In this document: positions 38,816 through 48,286 of the stretch, in pieces | How positions within the stretch are numbered: the stretch's first letter is position 1 | Layout of the letters: each line of letters opens with the position of its first letter | Virus record (IMG/VR): IMGVR_UViG_3300044568_004391 | Span: 32,001 to 96,000 of that record | Reading direction: 5' to 3' (one strand) | Source: a virus | Length of the DNA: 64,000 nucleotides | Position numbers and translations under genes: made by a program | The notes under the pieces: generated by a model | What the model was told of the DNA's origin: nothing | The model's database searches: none | The model's input: the letters and a program-made list of their open reading frames with translations, nothing else

Positions 38816-38957
38816 TTGACAAACCGAAAAAAAGTTCATACATTTGTAATCCAAACCGAACGAGGTTAGGGTTTTTTCACGAAAACGATATATTTATATA
38901 TCACAGAAAAAAATAGGGGATTTCACTTGACAAAACGAAAATTAAGTTGTAGTTTTG
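38816..38957 (+). promoter_or_regulatory. Three stacked promoters upstream of the large ncRNA
   Basis: TTG(38816)-N20-TACATTTG(38839); TATTTAT(38891); TTG(38927)-N20-TAGTTTTG(38950). Confidence 0.65.
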
Positions 38958-38962
38958 TCCTC

Positions 38963-39750
38963 TGAAATTAGAGTTCTTTGATTAAAACCTTTTATTGATG
39001 GTTTAAACGGTTGGCGGCTTAGCGTCGTTAGATAACCCCGGCGACGGGAATAAAGGGTCGGAATTCAGATCTAGCAATCTGATTATATGACCGCAGAACA
39101 TTAGGTGTTCTGACAACTAAGCAAATTACCTACGATAGAAACCCTAAGGGCAACTGCTAAGGGGGTTCTATTATCCTGAGTCCGTGGAATATCAGGGTTG
39201 AGGTGGTGACACCAATAGGAAAAGGTAAAGATGACGGTTCGAAACAACCTGCCAGTTGTTTGAGGGCTGAGCATCAGTCTGAGGGGCATCCGATGGAAAA
39301 TTAATCCGACGTTGTCCTGAAAGGCCGTGAGTGGGCAGACTCACAGAGAGTAGTGTGGTATTCCGTGTTCAAAAGATATGGAGTCACACCGACAGCGCTA
39401 CTTTCCATTTCCACATTTGCTAATTTAATACTTAAATTAAGCAAAAGTCTGTCGGCGTTGTAAACGAAAGGTGTCTAAAACTTCAGACCGTGAGGTCAAT
39501 GAAGTCTCAGATAAGACCGCAAGTCTTTCTGAGTTGATTGTGAAAGTTCTAGTAGGTCGGCCAACCTTTAGTGAGTGAAAACTCAATAGAAACGAGTATT
39601 AGTCGAGTGGTTTACAACGATACGAGTGGTTACCGATAGTAACCGACACTGATCTGATATCACGGGCAATCGTGATGGACAAGTTGGCAACCTGTCGTGG
39701 GGTACACCAACGAAAGACAGATCACTCAAGCGTGTAGTCTCAGCGCAAAC
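38963..39750 (+). ncRNA. Large (~790 nt) highly structured ncRNA, GOLLD-like candidate
   Basis: GC-richer, no credible ORF, many hairpins with GNRA-type loops, long-range pairs (39456-65/39610-19; 39346-55/39396-405), pseudoknot 39389-95/39449-55, own promoters and terminator. The GOLLD label rests on size and phage context only. Confidence 0.75.
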
Positions 39751-39765
39751 TTAAAGAATCCCCTT

Positions 39766-39796
39766 ACCTTAACCGTAGTTGGTTAAGGTTTTTTTT
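39766..39796 (+). terminator. Intrinsic terminator of the large ncRNA
   Basis: ACCTTAACC-GTAGTT-GGTTAAGGT-T7. Confidence 0.85.
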
Positions 39797-39857
39797 GCCC
39801 TATTGACTCAAAACAAAAAAAGTTGTATATTTATTTATAGTTAATACATTTTATGAA

Positions 39858-40019
39858 ATGAATAATTTAACTGACGAAGATGAAGACCTCTCCTACATTT
39901 GGGGTGGTGGTAAGAAAATTAAAAAACCCAAGAAAAATCAAAAACCGACTGATGGATTTTGGGAAGATGAGTATTACGAATCGGATCAGAAGAAAGGAAG
40001 AGGTAAAAAAAAGTTTTGA
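39858..40019 (+). CDS. Small charged protein (53 aa, not in ORF track)
   Basis: MNNLTDEDEDLSYIWGGGKK...; TATTTAT at 39828. Confidence 0.5.
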   Translation: MNNLTDEDEDLSYIWGGGKKIKKPKKNQKPTDGFWEDEYYESDQKKGRGKKKF

Positions 40020-40062
40020 AGTTTGAGTAAAATAGCTTATCTTTGTATCAAACGAAGATAAG

Positions 40063-40329
40063 ATGACTCAAAAACAAATCTCCATCCTCCATCCTAAACA
40101 CGGATCAATCTTGAGTGAGTCGTTTGTTGACGATGTTCAATTCAAACTTTTCCTCAAGTCCGTCAACGGATGTTTGTCCTTGAAACGAGATCTGACGTTC
40201 TACGATGGTAACCACTTCCTCATACACATCCCGTATGTTGTATTGAAGTCTTCAATCGTTACAACAAAAGTTGAGACAATCACACCTGGAAAGGTTTTGA
40301 TTGAATCGGCTTTGGAAAAGAGCCACTGA
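40063..40329 (+). CDS. Hypothetical protein
   Basis: 88 aa; TTTG-N19-TATCTTTG promoter at 40015-40045. Confidence 0.7.
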   Translation: MTQKQISILHPKHGSILSESFVDDVQFKLFLKSVNGCLSLKRDLTFYDGNHFLIHIPYVVLKSSIVTTKVETITPGKVLIESALEKSH

Positions 40330-40364
40330 GCGTAGGACCAAGGTGGAGTGCCTTAATCGGCCCT

Positions 40365-40390
40365 AAAGTCCAGAGAAATCTGGACTTTTT
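40365..40390 (+). terminator. Intrinsic terminator
   Basis: AAAGTCCAGA-GAAA-TCTGGACTTT-TT. Confidence 0.8.
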
Positions 40391-40426
40391 CTTTTTATGA
40401 TATATTTATAGTCAAATGATTTAAAA

Positions 40427-40738
40427 ATGGCAAAATTCGTTATTACCCAAAAACAACTTGACTATATAGTTGAAAATGTTAAAAAAGATAAGTTGAATGA
40501 AGATTCAGATGGTAGTTATATGGCGAAACAACAATTGTTTGTAATTGCTACTATGGCTTATAAGATGTGGGAGATGTTGGACGACAACGCACAACTTGAG
40601 GATTGGATGGAAAGTAAAATCGCTCAGTGTGAACAAAGTGTAAGTTCTGTAGTTAAGGCTTATTTGTATGACGAATTTGATGCCGAATTAAAGGGAATGG
40701 ACACCTTGAGTTATGATGATTTGGTGATAGGACAATAA
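40427..40738 (+). CDS. Leader-bearing hypothetical protein
   Basis: FVITQKQLDYIVE...LNED leader; YMAKQQL...LEDWMESKI. Confidence 0.65.
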   Translation: MAKFVITQKQLDYIVENVKKDKLNEDSDGSYMAKQQLFVIATMAYKMWEMLDDNAQLEDWMESKIAQCEQSVSSVVKAYLYDEFDAELKGMDTLSYDDLVIGQ

Positions 40739-40844
40739 TCAAAAGATTTAGAAAGAAATCGACCTCAAACGGTCGATTTTTTTTTGTTTAAACATTTGAT
40801 AAGATCCTAATATTTGAGTATAATTAGAAGTAATTTATAAATTA

Positions 40845-41861
40845 ATGATTAATTTCGCAGACATTATTGTTGATCTTCAGGCGGGTGACACAGGTAAAGG
40901 GAAAGTGGCTCATGCACTTGCAAAAACAAACGACTACACACATGTTATTAGGTATAACGGAGGTGGTAATGCGGGTCACACCGTTTACCATGACGGAGAA
41001 AAAGTAGTAACCCATTTCATACCAGTTGGGGTTCTTTATAACATCCCTTCCATTATTGGACCAGGATGTGTCGTTGATCCAATCAAATTGGAGATGGAAC
41101 TCGATGATTTAACAAAGGTAAATCCAAGAGTTAGAGAATTTCTTTTTATTGATCGTGGAGTCCATATTATAACAGAACAACACAAAGAAGAGGATGGTAA
41201 AGATTTCAAAATCGGAACAACTAAAACAGGAAATGGTCCGGCTTATGTGGATAAGTACAATAGAAGTGGAATCAGATATGAAAATTATGTGACAATCAAC
41301 AATCCTTCCAACAACTACCTTTGTGATATTTATGACATTTTATTTTCTCAAGAGGATGTTAAAATTCTTTTCGAAGGTGCTCAGGGTTTTGAGTTGGATA
41401 TTGATTGGGGTGATTATCCGTTTGTCACATCTTCTCATTGTACGGCGGGTAGTGCTTGTTTGAATGGTGTATCACCCAAATACATCAGAGACATTTATGG
41501 TATTTCAAAAGCATATGTTACTTATGTAGGTGCAAAAGAATTTGAGGGTGGTCTTGATATTTTTCAGAAAATCAGAGAAGTTGGAAATGAATATGGGGCA
41601 ACTACAGGAAGACCAAGACAAGTTAATTGGTTGAATTTAGATAATTTAATCAAAGGATCCAACATCAACGGTGTTACGAAATTAATTATTAATAAAATTG
41701 ATGTATTGGAAAAAATAAACTACTATTGTTTGATTTATTTAGGTGAGGAAATTATTTTTGACAAAAAATTAGAATTCAAAAATTTTATTCACCAAACACT
41801 TATTGAAAAGTGTCCTCTAATTCAAGAAGTAATTTTTAGCTATACACCTTACGAGATATGA
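40845..41861 (+). CDS. purA: Adenylosuccinate synthetase (compact form)
   Basis: QAGDTGKGK, GGGNAGHT, IGTTKTGNGPAY, FEGAQG, YPFVTSS, EYGATTGRPR. Confidence 0.93.
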   Translation: MINFADIIVDLQAGDTGKGKVAHALAKTNDYTHVIRYNGGGNAGHTVYHDGEKVVTHFIPVGVLYNIPSIIGPGCVVDPIKLEMELDDLTKVNPRVREFLFIDRGVHIITEQHKEEDGKDFKIGTTKTGNGPAYVDKYNRSGIRYENYVTINNPSNNYLCDIYDILFSQEDVKILFEGAQGFELDIDWGDYPFVTSSHCTAGSACLNGVSPKYIRDIYGISKAYVTYVGAKEFEGGLDIFQKIREVGNEYGATTGRPRQVNWLNLDNLIKGSNINGVTKLIINKIDVLEKINYYCLIYLGEEIIFDKKLEFKNFIHQTLIEKCPLIQEVIFSYTPYEI

Positions 41862-42043
41862 AATGGAATTTAGTGATCAACCAGTTTAACAGATCCGACG
41901 AGGAATTTTACCTACTTCCCTGGATCAAGTTTTTCAACATTATGAATTTTCAAACTGAGGAGGGATATGAATCTCCTTTGGTAGGATTTGAATTTGGTCT
42001 TTTCAAATTTTATTATACCTTTGCAATTCAGAAGACCTATTAG
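41858..42043 (+). CDS. Small hypothetical protein
   Basis: 61 aa, coupled to purA. Confidence 0.5.
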   Translation: MKWNLVINQFNRSDEEFYLLPWIKFFNIMNFQTEEGYESPLVGFEFGLFKFYYTFAIQKTY

Positions 42044-42097
42044 GACTTTTGATCTTGATTTATTAACTCTAAATTATACTATTAAAAATAAAAACAT

Positions 42098-43501
42098 ATG
42101 AATCGTTTCATCTCTTTTCTTGTTCTGATGTTTATGAGTACTTTTGTGTATTCACAAAAAAACACACCTTTTGGATGTATAACCTTTGGAGAAAATAAAA
42201 ACATTTTACCGATGGGTAGGTTGAAATCCAAATCAACCAATACACCCAAAGAAATCAGATTGGTATTTCACGTTTGTTATACTGACGCGATTCCATTGAG
42301 TGAAATTCCTGTTGAATCAATATATGGTGCGATTGATCAAGCCAATGTAGATTTCGAGGGAACTAACATCAGTTTTGTTTATGCAGGTCATGATTATATC
42401 AATATCCGAGAGTTCGCTTGGCACGACTCATTTGTCTCAGGTCAAGTTTGTTTCCCAACTTATAGAACTCAATCAACAATGATTTCTAACAAATACGCTT
42501 GGGATATTTCAGAGTATTGTAATGTTTATATTATCCCTAAAATGTGTTCCACTATCTTGGGATATGCCTTTATCACATATGGACCTGCAAATAAAGATGA
42601 CGGGGTTTGGGTTAAGACCGAGTCTTTTGGGTATGGACCTTGGCCACACGTAAACCCGAAGTATGTGGAAAACGAAACCTTTAGTCATGAGCTCGGTCAC
42701 TACTGTGGATTGTTTCACGTATTCAATAACACATCGTATTGTGGACAACAAGAGGCAAACATACCTTGTGAATATGAAGGTGATTTTGTATGTGATACTC
42801 CACCCACCAAACTCGCAAGAGGATGTCCTTCCTACCCTGTTGGATCATATTGTCCTGAAGTAAATTACGATGGTGGAGTTCCATATCGTGCGAACAACCA
42901 CATGGACTATTGTCCTGAACAATGTAGAGATGTATTTACTCCAGGTCAGATAGACCGAATGCATAGAATGTTGGACTTCCAAAGATATGAGTTATACACA
43001 GAAGAGCAAGTAACACCCTTCTGTTTGGGTGATTTCGATAAGAACGGAATGATTGGAACTGGTGATCTGTTGATTATATTGTCCCATTATGGTTGTGTGG
43101 AATGTGACTATGAGGAAGGAGATATGAATATGGATGCACTTGTTAATGTTTTGGACTTAAACTTCTTGTTGGCTTTTTGGGGTGATGTTTGTGGTGACGG
43201 GGTAGGACAGATCCAAGCCAAAAGATCAGGACCTCAACCCGAATTAGAAGATCCTTTCGAGATTATCAGTAACTATGATTTTCCTGAACGAGGAACTCCC
43301 ACGAAAGAAAAAGATCGTGAAGAAAAAAAGGAAGAACCTTCTTTTGGTCTTATGAATTTGGTAAAAGAAATTAAAAAAACGGCCCAATTTAAATTGGAAG
43401 AAATTGATGAACTTGATTTGAATACGTTATTTTCTGAATATGGTGTTGATAGTTTGATTGTGAATATCAACGAAGATGAGAAAATTGTGATTGAACGATA
43501 A
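42098..43501 (+). CDS. Secreted M43 (pappalysin/ulilysin-like) zinc metalloprotease with dockerin-like domain
   Basis: Signal peptide; HELGHYCGLFH, GDFVCDTPP, NHMDY; paired DFDKNG/DMNMDA Ca-binding repeats. Confidence 0.85.
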   Translation: MNRFISFLVLMFMSTFVYSQKNTPFGCITFGENKNILPMGRLKSKSTNTPKEIRLVFHVCYTDAIPLSEIPVESIYGAIDQANVDFEGTNISFVYAGHDYINIREFAWHDSFVSGQVCFPTYRTQSTMISNKYAWDISEYCNVYIIPKMCSTILGYAFITYGPANKDDGVWVKTESFGYGPWPHVNPKYVENETFSHELGHYCGLFHVFNNTSYCGQQEANIPCEYEGDFVCDTPPTKLARGCPSYPVGSYCPEVNYDGGVPYRANNHMDYCPEQCRDVFTPGQIDRMHRMLDFQRYELYTEEQVTPFCLGDFDKNGMIGTGDLLIILSHYGCVECDYEEGDMNMDALVNVLDLNFLLAFWGDVCGDGVGQIQAKRSGPQPELEDPFEIISNYDFPERGTPTKEKDREEKKEEPSFGLMNLVKEIKKTAQFKLEEIDELDLNTLFSEYGVDSLIVNINEDEKIVIER

Positions 43502-43516
43502 CAAATCATTTTACAT

Positions 43517-44449
43517 ATGAAATACATCATCACGGGTGCTTATGGATTTATCGGATCCGAGTTTTTGAAACGGGTTTATCGTGAAAACGAATTCTCCGAA
43601 ATTATTGTTGTTGATTCCGTCACCTATGCTGCGGACAAATCAAGGATTCCAATTCAGATTTTGAGAGATCAGAGGGTTACATTTCTTGAGATGGACATCT
43701 GTGACCTGACTTACGATATGATCGGCGATTTTGAATATCTTGTGAACTTTGCGGCTGAAACTCACGTGGACAACTCTATAGAAAATGGTTTTCCTTTTAT
43801 GAAAACAAATGTTCAAGGGGTTTATAACCTTTTGGAAGTTTCAAGGAAATCCAAAACCTTGAAGAAGTTTGTTCAAATATCTACGGATGAAGTCTACGGT
43901 GATGTGAAAGATAAGTTTTGTTCGAACGAAAAGGATATATTGAATCCAAGTTCATATTATTCGGCAACTAAAGCTAGTGCCGATCTTTTGGTTCAATCCG
44001 CTCACAGAACATATGGTGTTCCATATCTTATCACACGATCCTGTAATAATTTCGGTGGGCTTCAAAATGCGGAGAAGTTTATCCCGAAGGTGATCGATTG
44101 TATCAAATCCAACAAACCAATCCCTATTTATGGTGATGGAAACCAGCTTCGGGTTTGGATTTCTGTTGAGGAGAATGCTGACGTAATTTTCAAACTCACC
44201 ACCTATGATGATTGTGTAAATGAGATTATCAATGTCGGTTCCGAACATCAACGAACCAACAACGAGATTGTAAAGATGATTTCAACCAACTTATTCAGAG
44301 AACCAACCATCTATTATGTCCAAGATCGGTTGGGTCACGATGAGGAATATAATTTGGATTTGTGTAAACTAAAAAGTTTGGAATTTGAATTGGATATTTG
44401 TGTTGATGAATTCCAAACTCCCGAAGATTATTTCCAAGAAAATCTATAA
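43517..44449 (+). CDS. rfbB: dTDP-glucose 4,6-dehydratase
   Basis: TGAYGFIGS, FAAETHVD, STDEVYG, YSATKA, DRLGHD. Confidence 0.92.
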   Translation: MKYIITGAYGFIGSEFLKRVYRENEFSEIIVVDSVTYAADKSRIPIQILRDQRVTFLEMDICDLTYDMIGDFEYLVNFAAETHVDNSIENGFPFMKTNVQGVYNLLEVSRKSKTLKKFVQISTDEVYGDVKDKFCSNEKDILNPSSYYSATKASADLLVQSAHRTYGVPYLITRSCNNFGGLQNAEKFIPKVIDCIKSNKPIPIYGDGNQLRVWISVEENADVIFKLTTYDDCVNEIINVGSEHQRTNNEIVKMISTNLFREPTIYYVQDRLGHDEEYNLDLCKLKSLEFELDICVDEFQTPEDYFQENL

Positions 44450-44455
44450 AAAAAT

Positions 44456-44481
44456 AAAACCTCTCCTTTGAGAGGTTTTTT
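44456..44481 (+). terminator. Terminator hairpin
   Basis: AAAACCTCTC-CTTT-GAGAGGTTTT. Confidence 0.75.
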
Positions 44482-44656
44482 CTTATATTCAATTTCGGTA
44501 AAAAAAAGGGAATGAAACATTGAATATATTTCGAAAGTAGACAGATTATGTAAAATGTAAAGTAAATTTAATGATAAATATAATCTTATCTTTTGATTTA
44601 CAAGCAAGGACAACTCTTTTATCTTTATTCAAGAATAAAATGAAAGAATTGAAATA

Positions 44657-45289
44657 GTGATGACCACTTTAATTACATTTAATAGAGACGATTCTCCTGT
44701 TACGGAGAATTTTTTATCATATTACAATAGATTTGTAGATAGAATTGAGATATGGGATATATCCTCTGACAGTAACGCAGTGAAATTCGTGGGGACAGAC
44801 AAAGTCAAAGTTGTAGCTTTGGCGGAAGGGTATAGGAATGACAACGGATTGATCCAACTCATGTCAACAGAATGGAAAATAATCAGAAACGAAAACGACA
44901 TCATGATTGTTGTGGAACCCGATGAATATATCCATTCAAGAAACTACGATGCGATTATCAGATTGAATAAAGACAATCACAGTTTAATTGAACCAACAGG
45001 ATTTCAAGTTTATGTGGACAGAGATTTTGATTTCAATTTTGATAACAAAGAGATATACGGTAAAGTGGATGGAAATTATACCAAACCTGTAATCGTATTT
45101 GTTAAGAACTTGTTGAAACTAAAATTCACACCTCAATTTAAATTGATTGATTCAATCAAATCCCTCAATGGACAAAAAGCACTGAGGAATACTTCTTCAC
45201 CTTTAAGTTTTCCAGTAAAACTACTAAAAGTAAGATACAACGATGAACTTACAGAAGAAGAAAAGAACAAAAAAATTAGGATTATTTAA
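44657..45289 (+). CDS. Divergent glycosyltransferase family 2-like protein
   Basis: FLSYYNRFVDRIEIWDISSD and IVVEPDEYI resemble GT-A motifs; adjacent to rfbB. Confidence 0.5.
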   Translation: MMTTLITFNRDDSPVTENFLSYYNRFVDRIEIWDISSDSNAVKFVGTDKVKVVALAEGYRNDNGLIQLMSTEWKIIRNENDIMIVVEPDEYIHSRNYDAIIRLNKDNHSLIEPTGFQVYVDRDFDFNFDNKEIYGKVDGNYTKPVIVFVKNLLKLKFTPQFKLIDSIKSLNGQKALRNTSSPLSFPVKLLKVRYNDELTEEEKNKKIRII

Positions 45290-45311
45290 TTTAAACATCT
45301 AATTTTGTAAT

Positions 45312-45488
45312 ATGTCAAATAAAGAAACTTACCAAAAAATCCTCGAACAATTAGAGGATATGAGAAAGGAGGGTTATACGATTATGAACCACGATTTCAG
45401 AGCTCTTTGTGAGATGAGGAATGAACTCAAACGTAAAATTGACAACAGCGAACCGAGTAGGGACTACAAGAAATTTATGGAGGACTGA
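45312..45488 (+). CDS. Small hypothetical protein (58 aa, not in ORF track)
   Basis: MSNKETYQKILEQLEDMRK... Confidence 0.5.
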   Translation: MSNKETYQKILEQLEDMRKEGYTIMNHDFRALCEMRNELKRKIDNSEPSRDYKKFMED

Positions 45489-45501
45489 AGTATTTAATAG
45501 T

Positions 45502-45843
45502 ATGGAGGAAAAAATCAAAAAACTATTGGATTCTCATCTTGATGAGTATAATGTAACATATACAATAACAAATTATAACAATAATTATAGGATTTTGTTT
45601 GATATTGACGGAGAAATTATTGCGTTTTATTCTTTTTTCTCTTATAATGATAAGATTGAATCTTTTTTCGATCAGTCCTTTTTTTGGTTTTTAGGTTTAT
45701 TATCCGAAGAAGACCAACTATTTGCATCAAAATACTTTTTAACAAAATATGTACCACCATATTCACCAGACTTTCCAAAAGCTGTACATAAAAGGTGGAA
45801 TATTTCTGATGTTATTTTTGGTGGATTAACAGATTTGAGTTGA
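45502..45843 (+). CDS. Hypothetical protein
   Basis: Likely start MEEKIKKLLDSHLDE after TATTTAA. Confidence 0.55.
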   Translation: MEEKIKKLLDSHLDEYNVTYTITNYNNNYRILFDIDGEIIAFYSFFSYNDKIESFFDQSFFWFLGLLSEEDQLFASKYFLTKYVPPYSPDFPKAVHKRWNISDVIFGGLTDLS

Positions 45844-45886
45844 TTTAAAATTTGATTATGATAAAATTTTTAATTAAATTTTTATC

Positions 45887-46204
45887 ATGTCGATCACTCA
45901 AAAATACCTTACAATTAAAACAAGAACTTCTGGTTTCTCTTCACCGGCAGAATCCTATGTTGACAAAAGATTGGATCTAAATGAACTAATATGTCAAAAC
46001 TCATTTTCAACCTTTTATTTCAAATATGTCGGACCAAACACACTGGGTGTTAAGGATGGAGATATACTTGTTTTAGACAAGTCAGAAACACCAAAGGAAG
46101 GTGATTTGGTTGTCCTAACAGATAAGACATATTTTAAAATCCGTGAATACAAAGAACAGGATAATCTTTGGGGTAAAGTAACTTGGATCTTAACCAAAAA
46201 ATGA
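45887..46204 (+). CDS. umuD: UmuD-like Pol V accessory subunit (shortened, catalytic Ser apparently absent)
   Basis: [26 protein letters not shown]; directly upstream of umuC. Confidence 0.8.
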   Translation: MSITQKYLTIKTRTSGFSSPAESYVDKRLDLNELICQNSFSTFYFKYVGPNTLGVKDGDILVLDKSETPKEGDLVVLTDKTYFKIREYKEQDNLWGKVTWILTKK

Positions 46205-47406
46205 TGAAACGAAAGATCGGTATTATTGACTGCAACAATTTCTATGTTTCTTGTGAGAGGGTATTTAATCCAACTTCAATTGGAAAACCAACGGTAGTTC
46301 TATCCAATAATGATGGATGTGTAATTGCTAGATCACAAGAGGCTAAAGCGTTGGGTATAAAGATGGGTGAACCATTCTTTCAGAAAAGAGATTTTATGGA
46401 TCAACACAGGTTCTGTGTATATTCATCCAACTATAATCTATATGGTGATATGTCAGACAGGGTGATGAGTGTTATCAAAGAATATGCAAATGAAGTTGAG
46501 GTGTATTCTATTGATGAGGCATTCGTTGATTTTTCAAATATACCTGACGATGAACTTTTGGATCGTTTACATTTTATCAAAAACGAAGTGAAGAGAAAGG
46601 TGGGGATTCCAGTATCTATTGGTGTTGGACCGAATAAAACTTTGGCTAAGTTGACATCACATATTGCAAAACAAACACCCGGTTACGACGGGGTTTGTTC
46701 TTATTGGGGTTTGAAGAACTTCAGGAACATGATGTATAATGTTGAGGTTGATGAGGTGTGGGGAATTGGAAGAAAGTGGTCCAAGAAATTAAAGACAATC
46801 GGTGTGGAATCCATCGGTCAATTTATGAATATGTCGGATTATGTTGTTAGAAAGATGATGAACATAAATGGACTCAAAACCAAACACGAGTTGTTTGAGA
46901 TGTATTGTCATCCGATCCAGCTAAAGTCCAAGATGAAAAAGAATATTGCATCCACACGATCTTTTGGTGAGGATGTTGATCAGTTTGATCAGATTGCCGA
47001 AGCAATGTATTCCTACATAAAATCGGGAGTAAAGAAACTTCAAGACAACGAAATCATCGCATCACGGGCAACCATCTTTGTAAGTGGGAACAAACACAAA
47101 GATCAAGGACATTACAGATCCAAATTGGTTTTTTTCCAAGAACCAACACAAGATGTAGATATGATTTGGTCACAAGTATATCCTCTTCTCAAGAAGATAT
47201 ATTCAAATTCCAAAAAATATAAAAAGTGTGGAATCATCTTCAACGAATTAACTCCTGAAAATTCAAAACAGATTTCTTTGTTTACCGAACCCATCCAATT
47301 GGTGTCACCACCATCGAATAAGGAAAAGAGATGGGAGATGAAACAAGAATATGTATCACAAAAATATACGACATCTTGGAATGAACTACCTCTTGTCTAT
47401 GTTTAA
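46201..47406 (+). CDS. umuC: Y-family DNA polymerase V catalytic subunit
   Basis: [42 protein letters not shown]-terminal W.MK...S..YTT.W. Confidence 0.93.
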   Translation: MMKRKIGIIDCNNFYVSCERVFNPTSIGKPTVVLSNNDGCVIARSQEAKALGIKMGEPFFQKRDFMDQHRFCVYSSNYNLYGDMSDRVMSVIKEYANEVEVYSIDEAFVDFSNIPDDELLDRLHFIKNEVKRKVGIPVSIGVGPNKTLAKLTSHIAKQTPGYDGVCSYWGLKNFRNMMYNVEVDEVWGIGRKWSKKLKTIGVESIGQFMNMSDYVVRKMMNINGLKTKHELFEMYCHPIQLKSKMKKNIASTRSFGEDVDQFDQIAEAMYSYIKSGVKKLQDNEIIASRATIFVSGNKHKDQGHYRSKLVFFQEPTQDVDMIWSQVYPLLKKIYSNSKKYKKCGIIFNELTPENSKQISLFTEPIQLVSPPSNKEKRWEMKQEYVSQKYTTSWNELPLVYV

Positions 47407-47596
47407 AAAAATAATTAGGAGTAAGTATGTCAAACTGATTATGTCGGTATTGGTGATCTCATCCACAATACCTACCGTAATTTCAGATTTCACAAATGAT
47501 GAAAATAACGGGTGGGAACACTATGGGTTGATGCTGATTGGTATTTTCTATATGATCCAAAGTTTGATAGATCTATTTGAAATTTGGTTTGATTAA
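47399..47596 (+). CDS. Small two-TM membrane protein
   Basis: Two hydrophobic helices. Confidence 0.5.
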   Translation: MFKKIIRSKYVKLIMSVLVISSTIPTVISDFTNDENNGWEHYGLMLIGIFYMIQSLIDLFEIWFD

Positions 47597-47607
47597 TAAT
47601 TATAAAT

Positions 47608-48246
47608 ATGTCATATTTAATAGCTAATTTACCCCCGATTCAGTGTTACGTTCGTAAAGAATATCTATATGATTTCGAAAAAGGATTTGGAGAATATGAA
47701 CCTTGTTATTGGGTTTCAGTAAAATCAATAAAAGGTAAAGCTCTTTATTTCGAATCTTACTTGAATGAGTATGGTGCCTTGTACGATAAATTACCCTTAT
47801 CCGCATTTGTTTGGAGAACAGATGTGAGTCAAGATGAACTTTTACCTTTGGATTTTTTGGAAATATGGGATGCGTTTTCTTATAATATTTCTGTAATAAA
47901 AAAAGAATTGTTATTTGGTATGGATGTTAAAGTTTATATGAAGGACAAAAAATTTTATGACGGGTACTATCTTTTTACAATAGATTCTTGTCACTCTAAC
48001 CCTAATGAATTAGATACAACATTATCTGAAACACCCAACGAACACAAGTCATTTAATATTATCAAAATGGACAACGGTCAGTTTGCGGCCCAACCAAATA
48101 ATAGATTATTGTTTTATGATCAATCATTAACACCTAAAGGTTTAAGAATACCTGATTTTAAGGTCTCTACAAAAGAATTTTATTGTGAAGATTCAACAAA
48201 ATGGAGTTTTGGTGATAGTAATGATTTCTTTTATGATGAAAAATAA
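47608..48246 (+). CDS. Hypothetical phage protein
   Basis: YLIANLPP...GALYDKLP...EHKS...NGQFAAQPNNR. Confidence 0.75.
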   Translation: MSYLIANLPPIQCYVRKEYLYDFEKGFGEYEPCYWVSVKSIKGKALYFESYLNEYGALYDKLPLSAFVWRTDVSQDELLPLDFLEIWDAFSYNISVIKKELLFGMDVKVYMKDKKFYDGYYLFTIDSCHSNPNELDTTLSETPNEHKSFNIIKMDNGQFAAQPNNRLLFYDQSLTPKGLRIPDFKVSTKEFYCEDSTKWSFGDSNDFFYDEK

Positions 48247-48250
48247 ATAA

Positions 48251-48276
48251 AAAACCCTCCTCTGAGGGTTTTTTTT
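48251..48276. terminator. Bidirectional terminator between convergent genes
   Basis: AAAACCCTC-CTCT-GAGGGTTTT. Confidence 0.75.
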
Positions 48277-48286
48277 ATTAAGTCTT

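Noticed and set aside
38963-39750. Group I/II intron, RNase P RNA, tmRNA, or ORF 39101-39289(-)
   Set aside because: No interrupted exons, no GAGGAAAGUCC RNase P signature, no tRNA-like ends; the short antisense ORF has atypical composition.
40327-40364. Selenocysteine readthrough (TGA plus hairpin)
   Set aside because: An in-frame TAG follows one codon after the TGA.
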